Positions 42,851 through 55,730 of a stretch of DNA of 64,000 nt are shown in pieces (position 1 is the stretch's first letter; every line of letters starts with the position of its first letter). The notes below the pieces were generated by a model. The model worked only from the letters and a program-made list of their open reading frames with translations, was not told the DNA's origin and did no database searches. Both the position numbers and the translations under genes were made by a program. Source of the DNA: Dimorphilus gyrociliatus. Lineage: Eukaryota > Animalia > Annelida. The DNA is taken from the NCBI GenBank assembly GCA_904063045.1, contig CAJFCJ010000003.1, forward strand, positions 806,001 to 870,000, given 5' to 3'.

Positions 42851-45800
42851 CTAGCATCTTTCCGCTTTAAATGAATTATTAGTTGAATTAGCGTTTTGAT
42901 AATAGGTATACGGAGCTGTAAGAAATTAATATATATATATATATTAGTCTTTGCTTTTTGAGAATTAATTAAAAATGATGACAAAATATGATTTATTTTG
43001 TACCTGTATATCTCATTGTCCAACTAGCACCGGCCGTATGGTCGGGATATGTGTATTGACTACCATACGTCCCGTACGGGTATTCACCTGCTGTGTTGTA
43101 AAAACAAACAAATTATTACTAATTAATCAATTTAATAGATTGCGGTATAAAGATTTACAGTAATCTAATCGATGAGAGACGAGACTTGAGATTTTAAGCG
43201 TTACTCCCTAAATTCCCTACTGTTTAATACCATACTTTGAATAAGAATTAGACTAGTCTAAATCGGGAGAGACACTTTGCTCAAATCTCGACCTAATCAT
43301 CGACTCTACAGGCGTCATAAAAGTCAAGATCAATTCATGCTGTGTATTAAAAATTAATGCCACTATCAGGAGAAAAGGAAATTTTATAATAATAATCTAA
43401 AGAGACGCCCTTTAGACGCCCATTGTCGTAAATAATGCACGATGACGTCTCCTATCACACAACAACAGCCGTCCCTAGACGCGCTCCGCCTACAGGTGGC
43501 GCAAAGTATGATGACAATCACTCTAAATTAAACGGATTCTTCACTCAATCTATTCGAGTATCATTCTTAAGCGTTTAAGACGCCCTTCAACTTTTTTTTT
43601 TTTTTAACAATCCTCTTGAACTAAGATCCCTTTAAAAAAATTGTAGAAATTCTTTTCTACGATTGCTTGAATACGAAACAAGAATAAACAATTTATGAGC
43701 ATTCCATGGGGATTTTCTAACAAGTAGATTTTTTTCAATAAAAACGAAAGTTTAAATTAATACAAAATATAAATATAGAAAAAAACGTATCATTCTACAA
43801 TTGGAGTTTTTTGCATTGAATATACTATGCAAATAAAGTGAAAATTTAAATAATTTAGATAAAACTTATTTTTAGTTCAATGACGTCATATGTGCTGAAT
43901 TCTTGAGAATGGATAATAATAATAAAAAAGCTGTTTAAAAGAATATATCGACAAAACCATGATTTATAGCACATTGTACATATCTATTCACTTTAAAATT
44001 GGCAGAAAAAAAAGAGTTTTCGTTTGACAAAACAGAGTTTTCAAGCCACAAAGAATCGATATGAATAGGAATTTATGTAATATTTATGAAAAATATGACA
44101 TATCTCATCATTTATGTTAATTAAAAAATACTTTCTAAATTAATTACCATGCAAATTATTAAAATTATGGAAAGGAAATAAAATGTCATGCAATTATATA
44201 TGACAATAAGAGTGAAAGGGATTAGAGTTTGGGTTTTGTTTTTTTTTTGAGTTTGCTTCTTCTAATGAATACAAAAAAAAACAGCTATAGAGACAACAAA
44301 ACAACTTTTTGGAGCATGCAAAAAATACCTGCTCCGTAACTGTTCGCCACAGAAGTAGGCAGAACCAAAGGTGGTACCAAACTAGCGATTGATTGACTGG
44401 GAAACGACGGACTGAAGTTGGGATGAGCTGTAAAAAAAATACTAGTCCAAAAAAAGGCCATGGGAAAATATATCATCATTGAAAAAAGCCCTATTTTTCA
44501 CAAGCGATCTTCAGTCATAAAATTCTATTGTCCACCAAAGATTCTATTGCCAGATTAGGGTTATATACCCGCACGTTTTCGACCCGTATTCTTTTTATGG
44601 TGGAACTTGTATTATTATTTAAAAAAAATGGCCATAGCACTCTAGCAAATTGAATCAGGCGTCCATTTTCATCGACGCCTCACTTATTTCGTTCGTTTGC
44701 ATATTTATGGACGTCTAAAAAACGCATCGCAAATGGACAAGAGATAGACACACATAGAATAGACGCTAGGAATAAAGATAAAATTCTAGTAAATTGTTTT
44801 CTTTTTGGGGTATTATCAATTAACTTAAAACCATGAATATCAATTGGTTATCGTCCTTTGATAACAATTATTAATTAGCTTATTAGTAACAATAGTAAAG
44901 CTCTAAGGATTAAATCTAAAAAAAAAAGAAATCTTTGATATTTAAACCTGTGGGAGCATAGGGTGGTGGTGTTTCTAATGATTTAAGAACGGGGTCTTTC
45001 TTTCCATCTGGTTCGTTGTTGTTAGCTATAGCATGCAAAAATTATCAGTTTCTGAATACTTATTGTTCTAATTTAACCTAAGTCTGTAGAAATTATAAAT
45101 TAAGCGTCTAATACTTAAGAAATTAACCAATTGAACTATAAAGTTTTATGATAGGGGGAAGGGAGAAATAAAATATTCAACTCTTTGAAATTATTTAAAG
45201 GAGAATAGATAAAGATGTCTGTACCTTCAAAGTTAGTCGCTGTTGAATCTGATAGGGGCTTGGCAGCATCTAAATAAAAAACAAAACATTCTTTCATGCT
45301 GGGAAAAAGAAATAATAAGCAAAAAAAACCAGAAAAACGCAAAAAGGGGTGGAGCGTGCATAAATTATAACAAAATAAATAATACGTATTCTTACTTATT
45401 AAAAAAGAATTGTATAGGTCTTCTTGAAAAACAAGAAGAATTAGGATTTTTTTACAGTAATAAACGCATAAAACCCTTTTTAAATGCTTCATATACGTTC
45501 GCGCAGCTTAGTGACGCCTTTATTAAAAGCGTTACTTCAAAGCGTCCAGGTGTTAGCTCTGTCGTAAAAACAACCGTTTTTTGCACCTGTTTGCCCGCAC
45601 ATTCCGTAAATTTTACAAACTTATCCCTTATCTTCTCGCTCTGATAATCTTAGTTCGTGTTCATGCGAAAGCATCTTAAATAGGATAACTTACCAGTAGC
45701 TGGTGAAAAGTTTGGTGCATCGCTGGGCGTCGAATTAGAGGGTTGAGTTGATGAGATTGGTGTGGCTGCGGCAGAACTAAAATCTACCGCTTTAGACGCT

Positions 45801-48800
45801 TCGTTATTGTTATTAAAGGCGAATTCGTCATCTGTCCGCTTAGTCACCTTAGGCGGCGTCGGTTCATACCAATCTTCTTGGGGAGCAGCTAAGTGTGGAA
45901 AAAAGTGGAATTTCTTTCATTAATCGGCTTATTGTTAAAGATAGTTATTATACATGTTAGATTGCAATCAATTCCAAAGATTCTTTGAAAGGCCTATTGA
46001 GCATTTTACTTATGCATATCAAACAAGAGTTGGAGGTAAATGAAATTCAAATGAAGTGCCATAAGAATAAAGAGTAATGAGTAACACTTATACATGAAAG
46101 TAGCGGAGTGTAGGCTTAATTTCACACTAACGCTCTTTTGATTTTGAAAAATAACTGAGCTAATTGTAGTAAGAAAGGATAGAATTAGATCTAAGGGGGC
46201 GAATAAGGGAGGCAAAGATCTTAAAGATTTACTAGTGTGGTTCCCCTAGCTATCAATTCGAACATCTTAGGCGTTTGAAGGATGTACATGTTTAGGAGCA
46301 AAAGTAAACAAATCACCCCCAAAAGGCCAATGTATATAGCTAGTTGCGTCTCCAAGATAATAAAAACTATAGAGAAAAGCAGACAAGAGAGGTTAGTCCC
46401 GCTCCGCCCTCATCTGGGATTAATAACGACGACAAACTTTTGATCATGCAAGCGTCTAGTTTCCTTTAAGAAAGAATTGCGAGAATTTGAAACACAAGCG
46501 TAAAACGTTCTCCAGTAAAAAATTAAGGGGCCGGTCAATTGAGCCTGAGGGTGGCTATCAAAAGAATATTAGCGCCATCGTTTGAAGGTGGAGATAGAAG
46601 AGGGCGATAGCGCGAAGGGGGGCGGCCGAGGTCATCAGTAGAAGACGAGTGGTTATTTATGGTGGCCGTCTTTTCTTCTTGTTTAACTCTTGTCGCGCTT
46701 TTTCGAGGGGAGGAGGAAACGGGAGGAGGTCGATAAAGGGGCTAGGCTATATTCTTTTCGTCAAACGTCAACGTTCAAGGGGGCGTATGGTTAGAATGTT
46801 GCCCTCGCCTAATAATTATACAGGTGTTTTTATTCATTCCTTTTAGAGTTATTTCCTCAACCATATTCTCTCATTCATCCCTCTTTGACCAACTCTGTTA
46901 CCGACATCTTTTCATAGGTATCAAATTTCATTTATTTCATTTAAAAAACGTTCTTTTAATCAACTTCTTTTCTCATTTCTTTTAAAGTTATTTATAACGT
47001 CTTTCCTATTAAATATTCAATAATCCGTTCAGTAATCAAAAGACGTCACACTTTACTCATATATAAATTTAATATCCCCAAAACAACCGTAAAAATATTG
47101 CCCCATGTGATGTCGTCACATATTGTGTTCTTTACCCTTTATGAAGTACAAAAAAATTGCCGCCTGACTCTTTGATCGGACCGCTAAAACGCTCTGATAC
47201 TGAAAAACAATCGTTAAGGTAAACAGACGTTCGACAAAAGTTCGATAGACGCCTGTCACCGTCTGACAAACGTAGGTTATGAATTTTTTAAATGGCCCCT
47301 TCAATTTTTCACAGTTCTATTCAAATTCATAGAAAAGCGTAGTGTTTGCGTAAAATTACCCGATTTTTCTTCCATCTGCTTACAATATAACTGAGATATG
47401 TCGTATGCTCTAAAATTAATTTTTGCAGAGTTGGCTGTCCCTTGTTAAATAGTAATAAAAACGAATGAATTCCCATAGCTTCTTGAACGCCATTACGATA
47501 GGAAGTTGGATAATGCTTAATAGAAAGGACAAAGTGTTACATCATGTAATCCAGTCGCTTAAATGAGTAGTGACATAAATTACTCCGAATTACTGCCATT
47601 CGAAATGGACGATCCACTTTAATGTTAATGAAATAATTATGAGCTTGAACGAAATCCATAAGTGACGTCAGAAATTGTATAAATGTCAAGTTCAACAATA
47701 AGCCTTCAAGGAAATTGCATAGAGCACTTGAATGCTATTTTTTGCCCTTGAGACGTATCGACTTTTGTTTTATCTGTTTAATATACAAGGTGAAAAAACA
47801 TACCACACACGCGTGCCGTCAATCAGAGGTCATTTGAGACGACGGAAGTAACCGTCTCTCGTGACGTCACACATTGTCTATTATATTTCCCATCGTCGCT
47901 TCTGTAAACATTTACCCCATTTACGGCACAATCGAAAAGTCAAAAACAATTTTTCATCAAAATAGAAAAAGGGACGTCACGCATGCAATCTACCTCGCGT
48001 GATGAGGATTGTAAAGAGGAAAGCCAGGTGCATCTTTTAACTTGAATAAAAATTCATATACTGTCTGTATTCAGTGTAGACGTAACATATTTCCCCTTCA
48101 TTCCCCTTTCGTACACCCTCCTACCCTCTACCCTCCCAACCTCTTCTCCTCTCCCCTCACCCTAATTTGCATACGTTAATTAAACAACGCTCCAAAAATC
48201 GATAGATCCCTAGATTTATAATTATAAATCGACAAAATATGCCTAAATCGATACTATAGAAGTCACTCTTGTTTTATATCTTGAAAAATGCTCAAATCCT
48301 TCGAAATCGTCATTAAATGTCGAAACGAAGGGAGTTAAGAGAAAATATAGAATCGGAAACAAGGACATCACTTACCATCGTCACGTTTCCTCTTAGAACC
48401 ATTTGCAGTATCGACAACCCCCGGCATGGCGAGTATTCCCGAGATGCTATAAGAACCCGAAGGGCCTTGACCGCCTTGACCTTGGCCCTGGGTTTGTGAA
48501 TCGGTCGGAGAGGGAGGAGACGTCGTCATCTTGCATTTTTCGGCAGCTCGATTCCGGACGATCCTGTGTCATCGCGAACAAAAAAAAATGGCGGCTTTAT
48601 ATATAATAAACGTCTGAAGGGGTTGCGACCTTTACGCCCCTGTGTCGCTTGCGAGGGTACTAATTAAGGACCGTTGACGAGCGTCTTGGGATTCAGTAGA
48701 GGGAAATTTTTCTTTGATTTTCCTACTATTTAAAACTTTACTAGGCCTACTAATAATTTTAAAGAAACGAAGTCGTGAAGAAAATTTTCTTTCAGGACTA

Positions 48801-51800
48801 TTCATCTCTACTTATATTGGAACATAACACAATATGTCGTACATTTCGGGAAGAATAGAATGCTTTTGGCCTATACCGACTCATTGTATTCTTCCTCTGA
48901 AAAGAGATGTAATCTGCCCGAAAATAAAACGAGCTGTTCAGAGACGGCGGACAATGGAGAAGAGACAAAATTTAATTACCCCTGAATTATTGCATTGGAC
49001 GCCATCTTGGATTCTAAAATTTTAAAATCCCTTTGTAAAGGATATAAAGACAGTTGCCTTATAAATCTATTAACAATCTTCTATCCATTTTATAATAACT
49101 TAAAGAGAATATAATATGAATTTTGACAGCTTTCTTCAACCTTAATTGATGACGTCACATCATAATAATAATAACTAAAGAAAGAAACCTATAAAAAATT
49201 ATTGAATATTGGTTGAAATGGAAACTAGTAATAAAAAAGAAGAATAGAGCCAGGTTTAGAATATTTTTAAGAGCCACAGTCAACGGTACTTCTTATAGAT
49301 TTAAATATTATTATGCCATATCTAAAAAATTATATAGGCCTATTGTTATTTCTACTCTCCCAGACTATAAATCGCCTTACGACTGGCCATCAATCGAAAT
49401 ATTAAATGGCTCGCTACATTCTCTTCAATATTTTAGCTCGGTATTCAATTACACAAAGTCTCGCCGACCCGCATTAGACAGTCGCTACGTTTGCAGCTGC
49501 TTCTAATTATTTACGTAGAGAAATTCTCTTATAGTGCTTGTCTTCTTCTATTTCTCTTACTTCCTCTTCCTCGTCACCTCTACTGATCGAATACCTTTTT
49601 CATTCTTATTTAAATCCTAATTGACATTTAGGGAAAAGATATAAGGTAAAAAAAAGAGAATAATAAAGGAAGTATTTTAGATTAGAATAGGGGTGCAAAA
49701 AATCTCCTACAGCGTTTCTTTCTTTTGCCTTTTTCTCTTTCTCCGCCTGTCCTTCTCTCTACCCTTTTTTTAACTTCTTTTTTACACTAAGCTATTAAAA
49801 TTACCCTCATAAGAATTAACTTTTTTTGTACGCAAACTAAAAAACAGGCAAGTGGCTAATAAGGGATGTTTTTAGTATTTAAAAACTACTTGTTACCTGT
49901 TAATTGAAGAGACGCTTGGGACACTTTCTTGGTCACAAATCCCATCAGCCAATAACCGATCACGAATTTCCCAAGCGAACATGGTCGGATTATCTTTTTT
50001 ATAATTGCATATAGCTTCAACGACTGTAGGAGTTGCAACTTTTGGTTTAGAACCACCAATTACACCTGGTTTTATTGATCCAGTTTCATAATATCTGCAA
50101 ATATTTATACGCACAATTAATATTAATCTAGGACGCTAATACGTAATAATAGAATACAAAATAACAAAGTAAGAACAAAGAGGCGTCTCTGAGGAGACGT
50201 TACTTTGCTTATCTTATCCGAACAAAAAAAAATACGACTTGGTGTAATCTAAGTTAACATGAGGTGAAATTTCTCGTCATTTTATTGCCGACGTCACTCT
50301 AGGCGGTTAAAAAAGCGAAAGAATTCCCTAGGTGTAGACGATTGTTACGCCCTGATAATCTCCTGCCCTGTTTGTATATACACCTAATACACTTTGGATA
50401 TATGTTTTCGTTGTGGTTTTCCCCCTGTACAAACTACAAGACCGCCCCTTCTCCTCCCATTACCGCGTTACACCAGATTAATTAATTAGGGTTAGCGGGC
50501 GTTGTTGGCGGGTAATCGAAACGAATTTTATAGACGCTGGTTGGAGCACGTTCGACCGCCTTGGCAAACTCTCAAGTGTTTCCAAGTACCTTAATTAAGT
50601 ACTATACGAGTGACGTAATTAGGACGAGAGTAAACAAAGAATCCCCTGGACATAGGGGTATTACGCTCCAGTAACTCTATACGGAGAAAAAACTGTTTCC
50701 AATAATTAATCGCTAGTCGTTTCGTTATCGCTCTTAAGCGTTAAAGGGAGTAAATAATACGTAAATCTAACGACCTAAACAATCATCTTGGGAAAGGGAA
50801 GAGACGGTTCCCTTACGGATCAAAGTAGTAGCACGGAAAGATTGTCTGGCCCCAGTTTATAAAAATAAACAAACACGACTGGAATGTAAATTTATCCGAA
50901 TCTTATCTTAACGAGCCGGACTGGCTAGGGAGTGACAAGTGCTAGTAGAAACCCTAATCGAATTAAGCTTTTTCGCCGGCCGATTTATTAAGCGGTAATT
51001 GGCGCTTTATTGAGCCGCCTTTTATGCTAAAGCTCTCAGCGCAGTAGGAAGCGACAAACATCAACAAACTATGGAAACTTATCAAATATGCATTGGGAAA
51101 AATCGGTCGATCGTTTCTTTATTCCCTGTAAACAAGTATTTTTCACCCTTTTTTACCCTATTTTCCCTTTTGTTCTCCTTGATTTCTCTCCTAGTTACAT
51201 TTTTCTCCTTTCTAAAGACAAGTTTAAAGTAGTTTTTAACACGCTATTCGCCTATCTTGAATTCTATTTTATTTGTTTGTTTGTTTGTTTGTCTATATTA
51301 TAAGGAAATTTAATAAATAGTCCTTTTACATGCTACACCATCATTAGAGAAGAGTGAACGAGACGAAGAAACAAGAGCTAATCGTTTCTGGTGTTTATTT
51401 TAAATTAGAAGTTTTAACAGAGGGTTAAGATACTGTTTGTTATCAATTCACCTTGTTAATTTCCTCATTTGGAGCATTAAAGAGGAATTATATAAATAAA
51501 CTGAGAATTAGGTTTTTTAAGGGATCTTGAAAGGAAATTTTTCTCTATTTTACTCCTATCTCACTCTTTTACTATACAATCCTTCATAGGCGAGCTGTCC
51601 AAAATCTTCAGAACGAATAATTGCTTAGATTTTATCGCTACGTAGTTGGTCGTCTCTCTCTCTTCCCTCCCCCTCTGCCACCCCTTTTTATACAAGCTAT
51701 TGAAATGGCTATTGAGAAACTCTACTCTCCCGAAGAATGTCCTCAAAACCCCACCCCTTCATGATATATTTAAATGACAAGGACAGATAGAAGTGATAAG

Positions 51801-54800
51801 GAACAGTGAACAAGAAGAATAAAAGAAAAATATTCTTACATAAATATTATTTTAATAGAACTATTAAAGAAAAAAAGCTACTAACCTTCCAAGAATCTTG
51901 GAAACGCAACCATGGCTGACTCGCAATTGCCTAGATATGTCGCAGGGTCTGACGCCTTGATGAGCCAATTCGACGATCCTCTGCCTAACAACATCCGGAA
52001 GTGGGCGGCCATTAACGAAAACGCCTCCTAACTGATTCACCCCTCCGTGACCTATTGGAGAAAGAAACAACGTCACCCTTTTTAAGCACATATGGTTGAA
52101 CGCGTGTGAAAAAAATCTGCGTCTAAGGTCTTTTTTCATATAAAGATAATAACAAAGAGCGGCACTTGGTGATAAAAGAGCAAGGTATACATATTATAGT
52201 GTTGTTTTACAGCCTTTAGAAACGTTATCGAGACGTTCGAGCAACGCCCACCCGAATAACGCCGCCAAACAATCGATCAGTGTGGCCGTTTCGACAAAAG
52301 TAGGTCACTTGTCTAACGTAGTTTGCGCTTGGAATGGGAATAAATACAATCCAATTTTGCAGAAGAGCCGTTAAAAAAAGGAATCAATTTTAAACAAATG
52401 ACTATGTATATAATAACAATAACTTGACAATAACATTTTATAAAATACAAAAAAAAACAACTTTTTCCCATTCATAAAGTATAAGTTTGTATCTATTGTT
52501 GCCATTAACTAGGCAGTGTATATATTGTTTATACATAAATATATATGTGTCTATATCTACCTTTATACATATATATACTGTATATAGGCGTATATAAAGA
52601 AGTGTTTGTAAGCAATTTATTGAGGCGGAATATTTTCTTTCTCTTTGTATTCGTATTCTTTTCTTTATGTTAGTCTTTTTAAATTGTTTACTAGCCTAGA
52701 CTTTATCCCTCTATACACGCTCATTTACACAAGTTGACGTTACACAATATAAGCCTATTCATATATAATCGAATCTCTTTCCACATGATAATTCTATTTT
52801 TCCTAATATCATTTTGTTGTTCTAGATAATAATAGCGTCATTTATCAGTAGAAAAATAAACATATAAATATATAAATATATGCACTTTATAATATGGTTT
52901 TTTCTTCTTTAAATTAAGGTTTTAAGGATATTTATACACGTGGAGAAGGGGGAGGGAGGGAAAAAATTTTCAAGTGGTTTTAACTTACACTCGAAAACTA
53001 TTAGAGTGGCGCGAGTTTTTACTCCATTCATCATACGACCGCCTTTTATTCGCCTGACGTCTCTATTCATTGCCGACATATTTATCGCACCGACAATTCG
53101 AACATTCTTTCGAATATGTAACGACTTTCGAGGCCTACAGACAAATATTGTTTCACTAAACCTTCTCTGTCAATTCAACCATCTTTTTTTAGCATCTTCT
53201 TATAGTCTACAAAAGGTGCTAAAGAAGATATAATTAACTCGAGCAAATAGCTCCGAGCCAATAAAGAGTCAGATGATAGCCACAGAGGGATTTAAAAACA
53301 GAATTTGATTTTTTTTCTCTATAAAAGCTATTTAGTTCAACATTTTTCAATATCAGATTAATAAAGTAGGTCAATTAGATTTTAAATAGCCGGAATAACA
53401 TAAAATAACGACTAACGGTAAAGGACGAATAATGTAAAAAAAAAAAAGAAGTTACAATAGTTCGTATAGACAGTTAATTGTGGTAAAGAGGCAAGGGGAA
53501 TAAATTAAGTAGTGAGCTGAGAATAAGGGGAAGAAGATGTGAAAGAAAACAGAAACGAATAAAGTAAGATCCATTCGTCTTTTTTTAAATAGAAAAACTC
53601 TTTTGAATGAACAGAAGAAATCTTCCTTTTAAAACTATTCAAGAAACTATATATATCTATATATTAGTATATATATATATAAATATATATACTCTTCTAT
53701 ACTAGAAGAAATTTATTCTCTCTTAGAAATTATGTTTAGAACTTTTTGAACTAAATTAAGCACCAAACGAAGAAGATAAATCGATTCTCTTTTCACAAAA
53801 ATTATAACTGATCTGCTCAGCTTCTTATTGTACAGATTTATAAATTATGCAGTAAAAAATGTCAAAAATGGACATTAATTATTCTTAAAAATATAATAAA
53901 TATAACCGATTTGTAAGGTTATAAAAGGTCGTCAAAAAAAAATGACGAGACGTCGTCGCGAGTTCGCGTCTAATCGACGTCGAATTAACTGCAAACAATC
54001 AACGACGTCACATTCAATTACTGAGACGGTTGGGAGTCCGGGCGTTGTAGGGTGTCGATAAGAGAAGCAATAAAAAAGTATGTAAGGCGTCATATTGCGC
54101 TCGTTATATATGTAAGACGAGATTAAAACTTGTAATTTTTACTTATATAAAAAGTAATAGAGAAGGTTTTAAACGAATTTCTATAGTGAATTTTTCTATC
54201 GATAAAAACAAAGTAGACTCTTAACAAATCTATTTTTAGTACAAGATTTTTCTTTAAAAAAAAAGGAACGCCGTTGGCGCCACAATAATGTACAAGGGCA
54301 ATAAAACTAGTGAGCGTCGTCAATAGAACACTCGGGGGGTAAATGCTTCTTTTTCGCGAGACCGTATTGGTAAGAACAGAATATATTTATTGAATCTGGC
54401 CATTCCTACTACACTCCGTGAAGAGAAATACTCTTTCGTACTCTTTTCCAATCTTAATTTTACATTTCAAAAATTTTTTGTAAATATATTTATGCCTATG
54501 CATAAATTAGCAGCCAGGTTTCTATCCAGAATCATCGCACAGGATAATGAAACTCAGAGAGCTATAGAGGCAAATACAGTAGTATCTTTATAAACGTTAT
54601 GGCCTTATTAATATTCATAAGAAAAGGTATGTATATTAATTTTAATAGTTTTACAGCCGGCAAAAATTGAACTTTTATATCCTTATGTCAATCTGATATT
54701 TATTTTTTAAAAGTATCATATTCAGTTCTTAGGCCTATTTTGAAACATATATTAATCTAAACTAACAGATATTCCTATTTAGAAAAATCGTTTGTTAGAT

Positions 54801-55548
54801 TTTGAATAGAGAAATTATATTGAATAAACATATTGAAATTTTTATAGAGATGTTAACCCAGTTTAGATTGAATTAATAAATTTATTAAAAGAGAACGAGA
54901 AAAGAGTTGAAGGGAAATGGAATAAGTAAAATGGGAAGAAAAAAAAAGGAAGGGGAGTAGGGGGTGATATTTCTTTATTATTTTGTTGAATGAATAGATG
55001 TTACGGCTATCAACTAAAGAAATACTTATTTATTAAAATTGGATTATTAGTACTCGAATTATTGGGCCATTAGGTCTTATATGATTCGTACAAACCGAGT
55101 TTACCGAGAACGGTAAGAGCATTCTGCACGTCAGCGGCCATCGATAAATAAGGCAGACAATAAGCCATGATATAAATCACTCCTTAATCTCTCAGCGGAC
55201 TCGAGTAAGGAAGACGAGGGAAAAGCAGCGAGGAGAGAAACTGTCGTGTCTAAATACTGAGTATATATACAAAGCGTCTCTCAAAAGACGACTGCCTTGG
55301 CTTTTATACTCTCCTCGGAGCCCTCCCCTAGATAAACTAATTTCCACCCCTCGCACTATCCGCTAGAAAATTAGTTTATACCCTTAACAAATAAAATTTT
55401 TGCACTTACTTTTACAAGAATGATAGTAATCTACAATCGAATGTTGATGGTGCCTGTATTGCATAGCCTGCTGCACCATTTGCATATCGCTAACTTGAGC
55501 AGTGGAGGGGCCATATTGCGTATAGTGTTGTTGCTGTAGGGCGTCCAT
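42851..55548 (-). CDS. Pax2/5/8: Pax2/5/8 paired-box transcription factor, proximal-start isoform, 8 exons, 377 aa
   Basis: Exons 55410-55548, 51886-52051, 49897-50094, 48376-48563, 45694-45888, 44329-44427, 43004-43087, 42851-42915 join in frame (1134 nt). The paired domain ([55 protein letters not shown]|[22 protein letters not shown]...[11 protein letters not shown]) is Pax2-type. Octapeptide [18 protein letters not shown]-rich C-terminus. The last three exons are less certain than the first five. Confidence 0.93.
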
Positions 55549-55599
55549 TCTTACTACTACCGCATACCGGAAAGAGTCGAGCGTAGGGATAGCGAGAGG

Positions 55600-55730
55600 C
55601 GTGGTGGGAGGAGTGGAAAGACGCCCGTTCGAACACGTGACCAATTAGCTGGACGCTCATTGAACAATAGCCGTAGCACGTGACGAACTTGCTTAGCGCT
55701 CATTGGTTGTTGGGCGTCAAATGAACGTCG
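55600..55730 (-). promoter_or_regulatory. Candidate proximal promoter of Pax2/5/8
   Basis: Two CACGTGAC E-boxes (55634, 55677), CCAAT at 55641, ATTGG at 55702, and GACGCC/GGCGTC at 55620 and 55713; about 90-170 nt upstream of the ATG at 55548. Confidence 0.55.

Noticed and set aside
50880-50890. TGGAATGTAAA, the first 11 nt of miR-1
   Set aside because: The match ends after 11 nt and no precursor hairpin is evident.
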